Shown here piece by piece: positions 7,522 to 16,910 of a stretch of 30,284 nucleotides of DNA (position 1 is its first letter; every line of letters begins with the position of its first letter). The DNA lies in contig CAYIUZ010000001.1 of assembly GCA_964366705.1 (NCBI GenBank), positions 1 to 30,284 on the forward strand, in the 5' to 3' direction. The position numbers and the translations under genes were made by a program. The stretch is from an uncultured Gammaproteobacteria bacterium (GTDB lineage Bacteria > Patescibacteriota > Microgenomatia > Levybacterales > UBA12049). A model generated the notes under the pieces. That model had not been told where the DNA came from, did no database searches, and was given only the letters and a program-made list of their open reading frames with translations.

Positions 7522-8352
7522 ATGAAAAAAGTCGATGTTTCCATAATTTTCGTATATTATAATTCCCCATCCGAAATCTTAGATGTCGTAAATTCAATAA
7601 AAAAAGCTATCAAGAAATTTTCTTATGAAATTATTATCGTAGACAATGGATCAACTAAAAAACTTCCTGAAGAAATATTTAATATTGAAAAAATAATATA
7701 TATAAAAAATAAGAATGTTGGTTATGGAATGGGGTTAAATAAAGGTGCTGAAAAAGCATGCGGAAAATATCTTTTACTAACAAATCCGGATTTAATATTT
7801 GAAAAAAACTCAATTGAAATTTTACTCGCGAGGATGGAGAGCGATAATTCAATTGGTATAATTGGACCCGCATTTCTTGATGAGAAAAAAAGAATTAGAA
7901 AAGTAGGTAACAGTATGCCCGCAGTACCAGACGTTATTTTTGCTCTGTCTTCATTAAATAAATTATTTCCCGGAAATTTATTTTCAAAAAAATATTTCTT
8001 GAGTAGTTTTGATAGAAGAACGGAAAAAGAGATCCCGGTTTTGTGTGGTGCTTGTATGATTGTAAGAAGTGAAATATTTAAAAAAATAAAAGGTTTTGAT
8101 AAGAGATTTTTTATGTATTTTGAAGAAGCAGATATTTGTTACAGAATAAGTAAATTAGGACTAAAAATTGTATATTACCCGCTATCCCGCGTAACTCATT
8201 TTGTTGGAAGAAGTTCTCAGGATCTTAAATGGATAACAAATACATATGAAAAAAGCAGACTGGAATTTCTTAGGAAATATTATGGTTTTGTTATTGGTAC
8301 ATTAACTGAGGGAATTATAAGAGCGATAAACCTGCCCGCAAGATTTATATGA
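7522..8352 (+). CDS. GT2 glycosyltransferase, WbbL/rhamnosyltransferase-like
   Basis: IIIVDNGS, NVGYGMGLN, LLLTNPD, GACMIVR, FDKRFFMYFEEADIC. Confidence 0.85.
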   Translation: MKKVDVSIIFVYYNSPSEILDVVNSIKKAIKKFSYEIIIVDNGSTKKLPEEIFNIEKIIYIKNKNVGYGMGLNKGAEKACGKYLLLTNPDLIFEKNSIEILLARMESDNSIGIIGPAFLDEKKRIRKVGNSMPAVPDVIFALSSLNKLFPGNLFSKKYFLSSFDRRTEKEIPVLCGACMIVRSEIFKKIKGFDKRFFMYFEEADICYRISKLGLKIVYYPLSRVTHFVGRSSQDLKWITNTYEKSRLEFLRKYYGFVIGTLTEGIIRAINLPARFI

Positions 8353-9353
8353 AGATTGTGTTTTTAACAAGAAGATTTTGGCCTGATAAAGGTGGGGTAG
8401 AGAAGCATGTGTATGAGATCTCTAAGATTCTAATTAAAAAAGGACATAAAGTTACCATTGTCACTGAGTCCGAGCATGAATCGGTAGAGTATGAGGGTAT
8501 TAGCATAAAAAGAATAACAGATCTTCCTGAAGGCAAAAAAAGAAAATTTTATATTTGGTCCTGGATGATGAGAAACAGAGAGTTATTTAAAAATGCAGAT
8601 GTAGTTCATGCACACGATGTGTATTATCAGTATTTTCCGCTTAAACTTCTATTTTTGAGTAAAAAAAGTTTTATCACATTTCATGGATACGAAACGTACC
8701 CAATCTCAAAAAAAGCAGTTTTAATTAGAAAAATATCTGAAAAATTATCCGATGGAAATATGATAGTTGGGAATTTTATGGAAAAGTGGTATAGGACAAA
8801 ACCTAACTTTACTATTTATGGTGGTGTAAGAATTCCCAAGAAGGTATCCGGTCCTAGGAATTTAAACTCTGCAGTATTTATAGGAAGATTAGATGAGCAT
8901 ACAGGTATACTTGATTATGCTAAAGCAGTCCAAGAAATTCAAAAAATCAAGCCAAAGTTTGAATTTAAAATTTTAGGAGAAGGTCCATATATTAATAAAT
9001 TAGAAAAGTTTAAACCGATAGGATTTAAGAATGAACCCATGGAGTACTTAATTAAATATAATTTTGCATTTGTGAGCCGCTACCTTTCGATTCTAGAAGC
9101 ATTTGCCAGTAAAAGGCTGGTATTTGCTTTATATGACAATCCAGTTAAGAAAGATTATCTAGAGATGACGCCATTTATTAAATTTATAATAACTTCAGAT
9201 TCTCCGAATAAATTAGCTAGAAAAGTTGTGTATTTCCAGAACAACCCAAATCAAGCCAATAAGTTTATAGATAATGCTTATAAATGGGTAAAAGATCAGA
9301 CTTGGGAAAATGTCACAGATACATACTTAAAGCTCTGGAGAAAAAGAAATTAA
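8349..9353 (+). CDS. GT4 (GT-B) glycosyltransferase
   Basis: FWPDKGGVEKHV, VVHAHD, TFHG, FIGRL, LSILEAFAS. ATGA overlap with the preceding gene. Confidence 0.85.
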   Translation: MKIVFLTRRFWPDKGGVEKHVYEISKILIKKGHKVTIVTESEHESVEYEGISIKRITDLPEGKKRKFYIWSWMMRNRELFKNADVVHAHDVYYQYFPLKLLFLSKKSFITFHGYETYPISKKAVLIRKISEKLSDGNMIVGNFMEKWYRTKPNFTIYGGVRIPKKVSGPRNLNSAVFIGRLDEHTGILDYAKAVQEIQKIKPKFEFKILGEGPYINKLEKFKPIGFKNEPMEYLIKYNFAFVSRYLSILEAFASKRLVFALYDNPVKKDYLEMTPFIKFIITSDSPNKLARKVVYFQNNPNQANKFIDNAYKWVKDQTWENVTDTYLKLWRKRN

Positions 9354-10778
9354 TTATTTTTTCTTTGCCACAATCACAACGTAGGTAAACAAATCCCTGG
9401 GCCCGAAATTAAATTTTTCTAATTCAAATCCTGATTTTAAAAATAGGTCTTTAATCTGCTTTCTGGATTTAACTTTTGTAATTTCCTCTGGATGAAGTCT
9501 AATTTTTTTACCAAGAATATTATTTAGAATAAAATGCATGGAATTTAGAAAAAGAACACTTATTCCGAATGAAGGGGGCCAGAAAAGAACAATTTTTCCA
9601 TTTTTTTTAAGAATTCTTTTAAATTCCTTTAGAATATTTAATATTTCTTTTTCAGTAAAGTGCTCCATGACACCTAAATTATAAATCCCGTCAAAGCTTT
9701 CTTTTTTAGTAGGAATTTTAAAGATACTTCCATGAATTATTTCGCAGTTTTCTCCATATTGACGTTTATATAAATTAAGTGCACCAGTAGATATATCAAG
9801 CGCTGTTATTTTTATATATTTGATAATATCTGCATCCACTTGTCCTCCGCCGGAGCCCGCATGTAAAACATTCGCATTCTTCTTAAAATTTACTCTAATA
9901 TGGCGGTTTAAATTTTTCTTAATAATATATTTTCTGTAGAAGATAGCTATTGTGTCATAGAGAATTTTTCTATTTTTCTTATCAAATTTCCAATATTCAT
10001 CCCATTCTTCTTCTACATTTGTTTTATTTTTGCTTGGAGACAGAGCTTGAGGTGTGTAAATAAATAAATCTTTATATGTATTAAATAAATAAAATGTTTT
10101 AAGTAATAAAATTAGACTTGTATAGATATCCTTAAAAGTCATTTTTGAGCTCCCATATGTCCGTGCAGGGAGCTCAATAGAGACTTCTTTAATTTTAAAT
10201 TTATTAACATGAAGAATGAACATGCTTTCAAAGAAAAAAGAATAACTGTTAGATTCGACTTTTAAAAATATATCTTTAGGAATTTTTTCAAGATCATAAA
10301 GTCTAAATGCACTCGTAGCATCATAAGGCATTTTAAGAAGATTTGTTGTTGAAAAATGAGCCATTAATGTTAAAAATTTTCTGATTATATTCCACTCTGA
10401 AAGACTACCTTTTGAAATATATCGTGAGCCTACTATTACATTTCCTGTTCTCTCCTTTTCTAAAAATTTCTTAATGTCTTCAGGTTTATGCGTAAAATCG
10501 CAGTCCATTGTAATTAGTTTTTTATATTTTTTTAAATAAGCAAAATTTATCGCCTCTTGATGTGCACTTCCGATTCCTAATTTTCTTTTCCTTGAAATTA
10601 AAAAAACAGATTTATCTTTTTTTTGTATTTCCTTGATGATTTTTGAAGTTCCATCCTTAGAATTGTCATCAACGAACAAAATATCAGAATTTAATTTTGT
10701 CGATTTAATTCTCTTGTAAATTTGTTTAACGTTATCAGATTCGTTATATGTTGGGATTGCGATGAGAATTTTTTTCAT
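9354..10778 (-). CDS. Fusion: DPM1-like polyprenol-phosphate glycosyltransferase (GT2) + class I SAM methyltransferase
   Basis: N-terminal half: IPTYNE, VDDNSKDGT, MDCDFTHKP, GSRY, DATSAFR. C-terminal half: VLHAGSGGG, ALDIS, GSIFKIP, FDGIYNLGVMEHF. Confidence 0.85.
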   Translation of the reverse strand: MKKILIAIPTYNESDNVKQIYKRIKSTKLNSDILFVDDNSKDGTSKIIKEIQKKDKSVFLISRKRKLGIGSAHQEAINFAYLKKYKKLITMDCDFTHKPEDIKKFLEKERTGNVIVGSRYISKGSLSEWNIIRKFLTLMAHFSTTNLLKMPYDATSAFRLYDLEKIPKDIFLKVESNSYSFFFESMFILHVNKFKIKEVSIELPARTYGSSKMTFKDIYTSLILLLKTFYLFNTYKDLFIYTPQALSPSKNKTNVEEEWDEYWKFDKKNRKILYDTIAIFYRKYIIKKNLNRHIRVNFKKNANVLHAGSGGGQVDADIIKYIKITALDISTGALNLYKRQYGENCEIIHGSIFKIPTKKESFDGIYNLGVMEHFTEKEILNILKEFKRILKKNGKIVLFWPPSFGISVLFLNSMHFILNNILGKKIRLHPEEITKVKSRKQIKDLFLKSGFELEKFNFGPRDLFTYVVIVAKKK

Positions 10779-10848
10779 TAATAACCGAGGCAGTTTGGTT
10801 GATTTTATCAGATGTTAGTTTAGATATCTAATACTTTTAATATTAAAA

Positions 10849-12594
10849 TCACGATCTTAAATACTTTGGTTTAATTGTTAAAACTATTATAATTAAAACC
10901 GTTGCTAAAAAAGTAAGAATGCTTATTGTTTTATAGATTTTGAAAATTCGCAAGTCATCAAAATTAAACTCAACCTTTTGAAGTCCAATTGGGATTTTTG
11001 CATTTATCACCCCAGTCTCATCAGGATAAATTGAAATATTTTTGTTATTACTTTCTAATGACCATCCCGGAAAATATAATGTATTTTCTCTGATACGAAG
11101 CGGATTATTTGCGTTGATTAAATAGGTGTGCTTAGTAGTTGTTCTTTTAATCTCTTTTATTTCTCCTTCTCCATTTATTATTTCAAGATGCGATTTGGGG
11201 GGATTAATAAACCATGGTGATTTTGGATTAATCCATTTTGAATTTGCATAAAAATGTCTTTCGCCTTGAGCAGTGCTGTAAGGAATATTTTGTCTAAGAG
11301 TCTCATCGTTAAATTCTGAAATTACTTTTCTATTTCCCCAATTTAAAAAGGTTAAGGATATTGTCATAAAAATTAAAATATAAATTAATTTTTTATTTTT
11401 TTTATTTAATAATGCTATGCACCCTGCAATAATGGAAATTGAAAGTGTTGTTAAAATTAAAAGTCTATGTGGTCCCGCAGCATTTATATAAGGAAACAGC
11501 TCCCAAATACTGATAGAAGCTCTATTAACCATAAAAATAGTTATAGCTATAATAAAGATCCAGAAATATATTTTAGATCGATGTTGTTTTATGATTTTCC
11601 CTCGTAATATAAGATATGTAATAAATGCTAAGACAAATAACTGAGCATATCCTAAAAGATTAGAGATTTCACCAAAGCTACCTTGGTATAAGAGTCCCAT
11701 TCGCCATGGTGAGTAAAGCAGATCTTTTATAGTGGGGTAGTATAGATTCCTAATGTCAGTTGGAAACTGACTAGTATAAAGACTATTTGAGTATACTAAA
11801 ACAGCTCCCCATTGATAGATAGAAATCAGCGATGCAGTTATAATTAAAATAAAAGAATATACGCTTGATTTGAAAATGTTTTTTAAACTAAAAAGCATAT
11901 AAAAATAGACAACTGGTATTAGTACCATTGCTATAAACATGTGTCCGATTGCAGTTAACCCAAGAAATAATCCTGCCAGTAATAGATAGGATATTTTTTT
12001 ACTAGATTGAAATTTTTCAATAAATGCGAAAATTAAGGGAATAGTCGTAAATACAAATATTTCACCAATTGTGTTTTTGAAATGAACTGAAATTAGATGA
12101 TAGGGTGCGAATAAATAAAAAATTGACGAAGTAAATGCTGCAAGATCGTTTTTGAACAATGTCTTACCTAAATAATACATCGAAATTCCCGATGATATAA
12201 AGCAAAAGGCAAAAAAAAGTTTCATACTAGAAACAAATGTGAAGCCTAGAAAATGAAAGAAGCTAATTAGATAATAAGGAAGTGTGTAGTTAAAACTAAA
12301 AAGAGGATAGCCATAGTTTGCGTTCAGATCTCCTGCCCATGAAGGCATAAGATTGCCTTCAGATAAAGATTTGTAGAATTCCATGCTCCTGTAGATGTGT
12401 ATGCTAAAATCGCCACTTTCATAGACACCAGGCCTTAGGAGGCTTATCAGGGGAAGAAGTGAAATTAGGATTAATAATGTAAAAAGGGAAATTTCTTTTT
12501 TGGGGTAAAAATATTTGTTAATTAGTAAAAATGAAAGCAAAAGTATGCTTCCTAAGATACTAAAAATGACGGTTCTGTATGGATCTGAAAACAT
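10849..12594 (-). CDS. Membrane protein of the 'PTPS-related'/YfhO-like GT-C group
   Basis: GDFSIHIYRS, PSWAGDLNANYGYPLFSFNY, FYLFAPYH, many TMs and C-terminal LYFPGW. Start placed at ATG 12594 because the track's ATG 12606 lies inside a TATAAT box. Confidence 0.7.
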   Translation of the reverse strand: MFSDPYRTVIFSILGSILLLSFLLINKYFYPKKEISLFTLLILISLLPLISLLRPGVYESGDFSIHIYRSMEFYKSLSEGNLMPSWAGDLNANYGYPLFSFNYTLPYYLISFFHFLGFTFVSSMKLFFAFCFISSGISMYYLGKTLFKNDLAAFTSSIFYLFAPYHLISVHFKNTIGEIFVFTTIPLIFAFIEKFQSSKKISYLLLAGLFLGLTAIGHMFIAMVLIPVVYFYMLFSLKNIFKSSVYSFILIITASLISIYQWGAVLVYSNSLYTSQFPTDIRNLYYPTIKDLLYSPWRMGLLYQGSFGEISNLLGYAQLFVLAFITYLILRGKIIKQHRSKIYFWIFIIAITIFMVNRASISIWELFPYINAAGPHRLLILTTLSISIIAGCIALLNKKNKKLIYILIFMTISLTFLNWGNRKVISEFNDETLRQNIPYSTAQGERHFYANSKWINPKSPWFINPPKSHLEIINGEGEIKEIKRTTTKHTYLINANNPLRIRENTLYFPGWSLESNNKNISIYPDETGVINAKIPIGLQKVEFNFDDLRIFKIYKTISILTFLATVLIIIVLTIKPKYLRS

Positions 12595-12604
12595 TGCTGC
12601 CCAC

Positions 12605-12610
12605 ATTATA
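12605..12610 (-). promoter_or_regulatory. -10 box
   Basis: Minus-strand TATAAT, 10 nt before ATG 12594. No good -35. Confidence 0.35.
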
Positions 12611-12620
12611 CGAGAAAAAG

Positions 12621-13853
12621 TTAAATTACTTCCAGTTTTGGAAGTGGGAAGATAAAATGCCCGCCATTTTTTAAATATTTATTTTCTCTTTTTAGAAATT
12701 CATTTTTAAAAAACCATGGGAGAACTAGCATGTAATCAGGCCGGTCAATTCTTGCTTGCTCCTCGGATATTATAGGAATTCCCACTGATGCAATAATTTT
12801 TCCGTGTTTTTCTGTGTTTCTTTCCACGGCAAATTTTATGTGATTGTTATTAAGTTCATAAAACTGAAGTAAAGTATTTCCTCTTGTTGATGCTCCATAA
12901 AGATAAATTAATTTATTGTCGTTTAACAATTTTTCAATTAAATTAGATAATTCTTTCTTATTTTTGTCAATTCTTTTTGCAAAATCTTTATAAATCTTTT
13001 TATTGTTAAGTTTTAATTTTTTTTCCATTGACTGCATTTTTAAAACATTTTTAGAAATTTTTCTTGTGCCTTTCTTGGCTATATAGGTTTTAAAACTTCC
13101 ACCGTTTAAATCCCGCATTTCTACATCGAAAACTTCCAAGTTGTGTTTTTTTAAAAGATTAGTTAAAGAAAGAAGTGAATAATATTCAAGATGTTCATGA
13201 ACTATATTGTCAAACGCGTTTTGTTTAAGCATTCCAACCAGATAGTTCTGTTGGATAATAAAAATTCCATCATCATTCATGATTTTTTTTACATCGTTTA
13301 CGAATTTATTTGGTTTTTCCATATCATAAAAACAAGAAATCGCAGTTACGATGTCCGCTTTTTTATTTTTTATTTTCTTTGAATAATTTTCATATGTAAA
13401 AAAATTGTTAACTACCTCATTAGCATTTTTCTGGCTTTCTTTTGCAAACTTTTTAATTGGCTCAACAGCAATTCTGTGTACTTTTTTTGGATAAAAGCTT
13501 AAAAGTGTTCCGTCATTTGCACCAATATCTACGACTCTTATCTCACTTGTTTTTTTATTAATTTTCTTCAAAGCTTCTTGTGTGATTTCTTTAAGTTCAT
13601 CTCTCATTGTTTGATTAATTCCTGATTTATATCCATACCTTTCAGTGTAAAGTGCATTCTTCGGAGTGGTGTGTTTTAGCTGAAGCAAGAAACATTTTCT
13701 ACATAGAACTAGAGTTAAGGGAAATGATTTTGGTTTTATACCTTTTTGTAAAAAATCTGAAAGATAAAGATTCCCAAGTGAAATTATTTCTTCAAGATTT
13801 CTTGAATCACATGATCTGCATTTTTTAATCGAAATTGAAGTGTTTTTTTGCAT
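12621..13853 (-). CDS. NDP-hexose C-methyltransferase (TcaB9/TylC3-like family)
   Basis: Zn-binding CRSC...CRKC, VDIGANDG, IVHEHLEYYS, NGGSF, YGASTRG, VLPWFF. Start at ATG 13853. Confidence 0.88.
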   Translation of the reverse strand: MQKNTSISIKKCRSCDSRNLEEIISLGNLYLSDFLQKGIKPKSFPLTLVLCRKCFLLQLKHTTPKNALYTERYGYKSGINQTMRDELKEITQEALKKINKKTSEIRVVDIGANDGTLLSFYPKKVHRIAVEPIKKFAKESQKNANEVVNNFFTYENYSKKIKNKKADIVTAISCFYDMEKPNKFVNDVKKIMNDDGIFIIQQNYLVGMLKQNAFDNIVHEHLEYYSLLSLTNLLKKHNLEVFDVEMRDLNGGSFKTYIAKKGTRKISKNVLKMQSMEKKLKLNNKKIYKDFAKRIDKNKKELSNLIEKLLNDNKLIYLYGASTRGNTLLQFYELNNNHIKFAVERNTEKHGKIIASVGIPIISEEQARIDRPDYMLVLPWFFKNEFLKRENKYLKNGGHFIFPLPKLEVI

Positions 13854-13859
13854 GCAGTT

Positions 13860-13888
13860 ATAATATACAAACATAAAATAAATGACAA
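13860..13888 (-). promoter_or_regulatory. Sigma70 promoter, leaderless geometry
   Basis: TTGTCA (13888-13883), 17-bp spacer, TATTAT (13865-13860). The ATG begins 7 nt after the -10. Confidence 0.65.
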
Positions 13889-13923
13889 GATTGAAAACAC
13901 AGCATAAACGAAATTTTAATCAA

Positions 13924-13952
13924 TTGTAGAATTAGAGATCCTTATATATAAT
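13924..13952 (+). promoter_or_regulatory. Sigma70 promoter
   Basis: TTGTAG (13924-13929), 17-bp spacer, TATAAT (13947-13952), 10 nt before ATG 13963. Confidence 0.65.
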
Positions 13953-13962
13953 GCTTTGGATA

Positions 13963-15033
13963 ATGGACAAATCAATTGAGAGAATAATTAAAAATAAAAC
14001 AATTTTAATCACGGGTGGAACTGGGTCATTTGGAAATAGTGTTGTAGAAAAACTCCTGAAATTAAACGTAAAAAAAATAATAATTTTTAGTAGAGACGAA
14101 AAGAAACAGTTTGACATGAGAAATAAATTCGATAGTGAAAAACTAAAATTTATTATTGGAGATGTTAGAGATAGAGAAACTATAGACTCAGCTATAAAAG
14201 GTGTAGATTTTATTTTTCATGCTGCTGCATTAAAACAGGTTCCAACTTGTGAATTTTTTCCAATGGAGGCCGTAAAAACTAATATAAATGGCACACATAA
14301 TTTAATTACAGCAGCGATTAAAAATAACGTTAAAAGAGTTGTAGTCTTGAGTACAGATAAAGCAGTTTATCCGATAAATGCAATCGGAATTTCAAAAGCG
14401 ATGATGGAAAAAATTATGATTGCAGAATCAAAAAACTTGATTGATCCTAAATCAAAAACAATTTTATGTGGAGTTAGATATGGAAATGTTTTATACACGA
14501 GAGGTTCAGTTTTGCCTTATTTTGTTTCTCTTATCAATCAGAACAAAAAAATTTCTGTAACAGATTATCAGATGACAAGATTTCTCCTTCCGCTTCCAGA
14601 CGCCGTTTCGCTGGTTTTATACGCATTAATTAATGGAGAGCAAGGATATATGTATGTTAAAAAATCTCCTGCATGTAAATTAAGAACTTTAGCAGATGCA
14701 CTGTGTCAAATATTTGAATATAAGAAAGGTATATTTGAAACAGGTATTAGAGCAGGTGAAAAGATGCACGAAACCTTGGTAACTCGTGAAGAATTAATTA
14801 GAGCAAAAGAATTAAAAGATTATTATAAAATTCCACCTGAAAGCCAAGGGTTGGATTACAACAAATATCTCTACAGGGGAAAAGCAGTAGACGTTGAGAA
14901 GATGCAGTCGTATACTTCAAAAAATACAACTATTTTAGATGTTGATCAGGTAGCGAAGATGTTATTAAAAATTCCTGAAATCAGAGAAGAGCTATCTTTA
15001 GTTAAGCAAAAGCAGACTTTAAAACATACTTAA
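13963..15033 (+). CDS. fnlA: UDP-GlcNAc 4,6-dehydratase/5-epimerase, FnlA/CapE/WbjB family
   Basis: TGGTGSFG, FSRDEKKQ, HAAALKQVPTCEFFPMEAVKTN, STDKAVYPINAIGISKAMMEK, RYGNV, IRAGEKMHETL. Confidence 0.88.
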   Translation: MDKSIERIIKNKTILITGGTGSFGNSVVEKLLKLNVKKIIIFSRDEKKQFDMRNKFDSEKLKFIIGDVRDRETIDSAIKGVDFIFHAAALKQVPTCEFFPMEAVKTNINGTHNLITAAIKNNVKRVVVLSTDKAVYPINAIGISKAMMEKIMIAESKNLIDPKSKTILCGVRYGNVLYTRGSVLPYFVSLINQNKKISVTDYQMTRFLLPLPDAVSLVLYALINGEQGYMYVKKSPACKLRTLADALCQIFEYKKGIFETGIRAGEKMHETLVTREELIRAKELKDYYKIPPESQGLDYNKYLYRGKAVDVEKMQSYTSKNTTILDVDQVAKMLLKIPEIREELSLVKQKQTLKHT

Positions 15034-15733
15034 AATAATCATAGAAGATTTTAGGTGTATATTTGAAATGAGATTTAGAGTTTTTCCTTACGTGAATTGT
15101 ATTGGGGATTTCTGAAAATTTAGCTTTTTTCTTTTTTAAATAATATAACTCCTCAAGGATTATTGAAAAATTTTTTTCTTTGAATTCGATATTTTCTAAA
15201 AGTTTTAATCGAACCATTTTAAATCCATTTGTACAGTCTTTTATTTCAATATTAAACAATTTAGAGGCTAAAAAATTACCAGCGATAGATATTATCTGTC
15301 TAAAATAGGGAACATTCTCTACTCCACCGCCTTTTATGTAGCGGGATGCTTTCACGCAGTCAACATTTGGTCGCATTGCTTCTATGAATTCATGGATGTG
15401 GATTGGTGGGTTTGTGAGATCTGAATCCATCGTAAGGTAAAATTCAAAGTATCTTTTTATCGCTTCTTTTATACCCGTTTGAAGTGCGCCCCCAAATCCT
15501 AAATTTTTTTCGTGTGTAAGAACAACTAACTCCTTTTTATATTTTCTGGATTTTATTTTTAAAATATTCGATGTTTTATCCCGACTCCCATCGTCAACAA
15601 CGATTAGAAGAACCTCGTTTTTTATTTTTTTTATTTCCTTAATTACTTCTTCAATGCATTTGGAAGCAACTTTTTCCTCATTTAGCATGGGGATTATTAT
15701 TGCTAATGAATTTTTTTTATACTTTAATGCCAT
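15002..15733 (-). CDS. DPM1-like polyprenol-phosphate glycosyltransferase (GT2)
   Basis: IIIPMLNE, VDDGSRDKT, NLGFGGAL, MDSDL, ASRY, DCTNGFK. Confidence 0.85.
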   Translation of the reverse strand: MALKYKKNSLAIIIPMLNEEKVASKCIEEVIKEIKKIKNEVLLIVVDDGSRDKTSNILKIKSRKYKKELVVLTHEKNLGFGGALQTGIKEAIKRYFEFYLTMDSDLTNPPIHIHEFIEAMRPNVDCVKASRYIKGGGVENVPYFRQIISIAGNFLASKLFNIEIKDCTNGFKMVRLKLLENIEFKEKNFSIILEELYYLKKKKAKFSEIPNTIHVRKNSKSHFKYTPKIFYDYFKYVLKSAFA

Positions 15734-16910
15734 CTTCTATGAAAGACCTTTCAATTGGCAGGTGATTGTTTTTTGGGAGGTGTCCTCGAATATTATCATT
15801 TCTAAGTCTTTGAATAATATCCTTGGCGATTCTTATTGACGCTTTTCCGTCTCCTAAATTGTGTTTCCAGGGGCTTTTGCTGATCATCTCGAGTTTTTTA
15901 TAGATAATTTTAGGAAGATACTTATTCGGTTCATCAGGATCAAATTTTACACTTGCTTTTACATCATAAACCTGTGGTCGTTCTGTGGATTTTCGCATAT
16001 TTATACAAGGAATTCCTAGGACGCATGCTTCTTCGTTTAGCGTTCCTGAATCTGTTAAAACACCTTTTGAATGGGTTAAGAGAATGAGAATTTCACTGTA
16101 GCCGACTGGATCTGTGATTATTAGATTTTTAGGAAGTTTTATTTTCTTTTCTTTGATAATTTTCTGAGTTCTATAACTTGCTACAAAATAGACATCATAT
16201 GGCGCATAAGAAACCAAATTAAGTATTGAATTAAACGATTTTTCAATTTGTACGTTTTCTCTTCTGTGACAGGTCATTAAAAGGTATTCTCTGTCTTTTA
16301 TTCCACGATTATTAAAGAATTTAGTAGTAGCCATTTTTTCAAGTTTTTCTTTTTGATTAAAATAAAATTCGTTAAGAATATCAACGATTGGATTTTTTGT
16401 AACAACAATGTTTTTAGGATTTAACCCCTCTGCGATTCCTCTTTTCTTGTATTCCTCCTCGTATGTGTAAATGACATCTGATAAATGATCAGCGAGTGTT
16501 CTATATTTTTCTTCGGGCATTCTCCAGTCGTATGAATGCCAGCAGCCCTCTATATGGATTATTGGGATGTTAAGCTGCATGGCCGCAATTACGCCGGCTG
16601 TTGTATTTGTATCTCCCAGGAATATTACAGCGTCAGGTTTCATTTTTTCCAAAACCGGGTAAAGTTCGGAAATTAATTTTGAAACTATCTCGGCGTCTGT
16701 TTCGCCTCTTGCATCAAGCTCTACATCTGCCTTAGGCACATTAAACTCTTCAAAAAAAATCCCTTTTAGATTATGTGAATAGTTTTGGCCAGACCAAATT
16801 AATTTAACATCTATATCCTTAGCTTTTCTTAACTCTCGCATGATTAAAACCGCTCTTATTAAGTCAGGTCTAATTCCTAAAACAAATGCAATTTTTTTCT
16901 TTTTAACCAT
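15717..16910 (-). CDS. Non-hydrolysing UDP-HexNAc 2-epimerase, FnlC/CapG/QnlB-like
   Basis: GIRPDLIR (Arg where WecB has Lys, as in CapG/WbjD), WSGQNY, LGDTNT, HIEG, RMPEE, CHRREN, TDSGTLNEEA, STERP. Confidence 0.85.
   Translation of the reverse strand: MVKKKKIAFVLGIRPDLIRAVLIMRELRKAKDIDVKLIWSGQNYSHNLKGIFFEEFNVPKADVELDARGETDAEIVSKLISELYPVLEKMKPDAVIFLGDTNTTAGVIAAMQLNIPIIHIEGCWHSYDWRMPEEKYRTLADHLSDVIYTYEEEYKKRGIAEGLNPKNIVVTKNPIVDILNEFYFNQKEKLEKMATTKFFNNRGIKDREYLLMTCHRRENVQIEKSFNSILNLVSYAPYDVYFVASYRTQKIIKEKKIKLPKNLIITDPVGYSEILILLTHSKGVLTDSGTLNEEACVLGIPCINMRKSTERPQVYDVKASVKFDPDEPNKYLPKIIYKKLEMISKSPWKHNLGDGKASIRIAKDIIQRLRNDNIRGHLPKNNHLPIERSFIEDGIKV

Noticed and set aside
8331-8339. CCTGCCCGC, the reverse complement of GCGGGCAGG (3789-3797) in the rplU leader element
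   Set aside because: Only 9 bp, inside coding sequence, and the rest of the element is absent.
10821-10848. Palindromes TAGATATCTA and TTTTAATATTAAAA in an intergenic gap
   Set aside because: Low-complexity AT palindromes are expected by chance here.
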